A stretch of DNA of 64,000 bases from the NCBI GenBank assembly GCA_010093745.1, contig MU005976.1, positions 124,001 to 188,000 on the forward strand, read 5' to 3'. The notes beneath the pieces were generated by a model, which saw only the letters and a program-made list of their open reading frames with translations, had not been told where the DNA came from and did not search any database. Within the stretch, counting starts at the first letter, position 1. Each line of letters starts with the position of its first letter. Positions 61,688-64,000 of this stretch are shown piece by piece. The stretch comes from Piedraia hortae CBS 480.64. Taxonomy: Eukaryota. Both the position numbers and the translations under genes were made by a program.

Positions 61688-63153
61688 GTCGATGCACTGT
61701 TGACGATGGAGAATGTGTTGGAAGTGCCGGCCTTGCCACTGATTCTCCCAGACTGAAATGAATGACCTTACGTGGAATAGTTGCCCATACCATCATTTAC
61801 AACGCCCCTTTGGTCAAATGATAGTGGTTTGGTCCTCAGTCCTAAATGTCTGCCGTGCACAACCTTGTCTAATACGTCATTATTCTCTCCCATCCACCAG
61901 CAACCTCGTGCAAACTATCTTTCGTCGAACAACTAACCTGTCACAATGTCGCAACGTGTTGCGACCTTTATTGAGGCTGCCAATCTAGGCTTAAAGCACA
62001 GCTCATCAAAGCCAGAGAGGAAACGAACTAGATTCTACCTAGCAACTTTAGTACTTCCCGCATGGACTTATATTGGAGCTAGTTTCGGTGTTAAGAACTT
62101 ATTATCAACCTATGCAGCCTGTCCGTACATCAGCCATCGGTCTCAAGTCAAGATAGAATATTGTAATTGAATGGTGTGCATGTCCTTTCGTCACGAGACA
62201 TTCAAAGTACCGTACATAATAGCAAACAAAATCCTCATCAAGCTACCCCTTTGCAGACGCACCCGTCGACGCCTACCAACAGGTGTTTTTTTAACCCGAG
62301 CCTGCAGACTTGAACGACAACAATACTAGCGTGATCAGCATAACAAGCTGCAGTTTCATGTTCTCGTGGCTGGTACTTGCATTGGAGAATTTTTGGGATA
62401 ATCTTCGTCCAGGGACTTGCAGGTGTTATTTGAAATTCAGCCAGTAGAATTGAACGGCAACTATACCAGTATAGTCAGCGAATCGAGATGAATACTATAT
62501 GTGAAGTTCGTGTTATTCTGGTTGGTTGCTGGCATGGAGGATTGTCTTGACAGCTTTGGAGAACTTCTAGACATCATAGTGGTAGGAACAAACATTCTAA
62601 AATCTATCTGTGGCATAGGAGCATGTGCGGGTTGACAAACTAGACTCTTCTCGCGTTCGGCCGCTATTTGTCAATCACTACTGCAGAGATGATGCATATT
62701 CGAAAGGACAGAGTCCGGGACTGTAATGCGCTCGTTACTTGAAGTCAACAACCTGATGTCATTGGACTTGCAAAATCTTTCGCAAGGATCTTGGGTGGCC
62801 GGGGCCTGGAAGAAGTTCTGAAGCAATGCCACGGATTCATTTGGGACATCGCGGCGCAAGAGGTGACGAACTCTGAAGGCACCGATCCTGCCATGACATT
62901 GTAAAAAGGAACTGGTGCTGCAGCGAACGGGGCCATTGAGGTGCTCAAATTGGCGGTGTTGTTCTTCCTGCTAATCGAGCCCATGTGCTGTGCACATTGA
63001 ACGATGATGGGCTGCGTGGACCAGCATCGAGTACCACATGGAAACCGCTGGCGGATGCTTGTGAACTGGCAGAGTAATATTCACACGTAGCTCTGGATCT
63101 TTGAACGCTTCCAGCACAAGCCGCCCTGCCCGAACCATCTTGCCGTCCACGCA

Positions 63154-64000
63154 TCACCAGCCTCCTTCTGCCATGTGTTGGATACCAGAAAGCAACGCCA
63201 TACTCGTGGCAACATGGCGCGAAACAGCGTGCGGTTGGTATACTCCACCTGCTTGCTCTCTGGTGTGCTTGTTTGCCCCTTCTTGGCTTTGCGCGGTTGC
63301 TCCGATAATCGGGCTAAACCGGTCCACCCACATAGGGAAATGGAACAGCAAGTGCAACTTGTTGTGCTGGATCGTTTTCAGGCCCAAGACGGCCTCCCAT
63401 GCTTGCAGAAATCTTTCGGCCAGTCTCATCGCGTCCTCTACCACGTCATCGTAGAGCATTTTGATCAATTCAGCTGCGGAGTACCAGACTTTCAGCAGAG
63501 AATTCACTTGCTCAACTCTTCCCTTCGTGGTATAGAAAGATGTCAGGACTGCCGGCCAGGTCTGAATCAAGCGATGCCAGTCATTTCCAGTGAAGGTGAC
63601 GCTCCATTTCGTCAAATGTTCGGCGCTGATATCACTATCCAGTCCGGCTTTGTTCGAAGCTTGAGAATGCAGCGCAAGCCCCGACATATCCTTGGCGACT
63701 AGAGGATGACTCTTAGTTAAGCTCCAGATGTATTTTACTGTGCCCATCAAGGGGCAGTGGAGCACCTCGTATGGGAAGTCGCGATGCGGGTCGAAGCCCT
63801 CAACGGGGTACAGATTCCCAAGTGGCTGCGTAATACCAAATGTTCTACCGCCTTGTCTTTTGATGTACACGACAGCTCTGTGTGTCCATACGTCCAGAAG
63901 CTGTTCGAGCCTGTCAATGCTTATGCGGTCATACAAGCACACCTGGCAGGAGTACTTGCTCCGGAATTGATGGGACCCATTATTCGACGCTGCTGGTACA
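63154..64000 (-). mobile_element. DNA-transposon transposase remnant (CACTA/CMC- or Plavaka-like), runs off the window edge
   Basis: GSHQFRSKYSCQVC, FDPHRDFPYEVLHCPLMGTVKYIW and KLHLLFHFPMWVDRFSP..ATAQSQEGANK motifs. The frame is open up to 64000. Confidence 0.6.

Noticed and set aside
1..64000. tRNA, rRNA or CRISPR-like arrays
   Set aside because: None recognised. The sequence is eukaryotic and shows no regularly spaced repeats.

Overview
Eukaryotic nuclear DNA from a filamentous ascomycete (Pezizomycotina-type genes with few, short GT-AG introns of about 45-66 nt and CTAAC/CTGAC branch points). Conserved housekeeping genes are the intronless cytoplasmic dynein heavy chain, SIT4/PP6, a kinesin-4-like motor, BCD1-like, a DENN protein, CEF1, RPL26, OST4, TMA46, LEU5 and PRMT5. 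They alternate with degenerate accessory islands at about 13.0-26.6 kb, 39.6-47.4 kb, 52.2-55.7 kb and 61.8-64 kb. The first island holds three copies of a ~360-370 bp LTR (one with a perfect 5-bp TSD), two decayed Myb-like paralogs and an intact aldo-keto reductase. It also holds the top candidate: an intact, spliced, highly divergent TATA-binding-protein paralog whose DNA-reading surface is remodelled while the TFIIB stirrup is kept. Other oddities are a secreted SGNH/GDSL protein lacking its catalytic Ser, a stand-alone NoxR-like PB1 domain, a SUN-domain gene broken by two in-frame stops, a GH31 fragment and a CACTA/Plavaka-like transposase relic at the right edge. All family assignments are by eye from remembered motifs; no searches were run.
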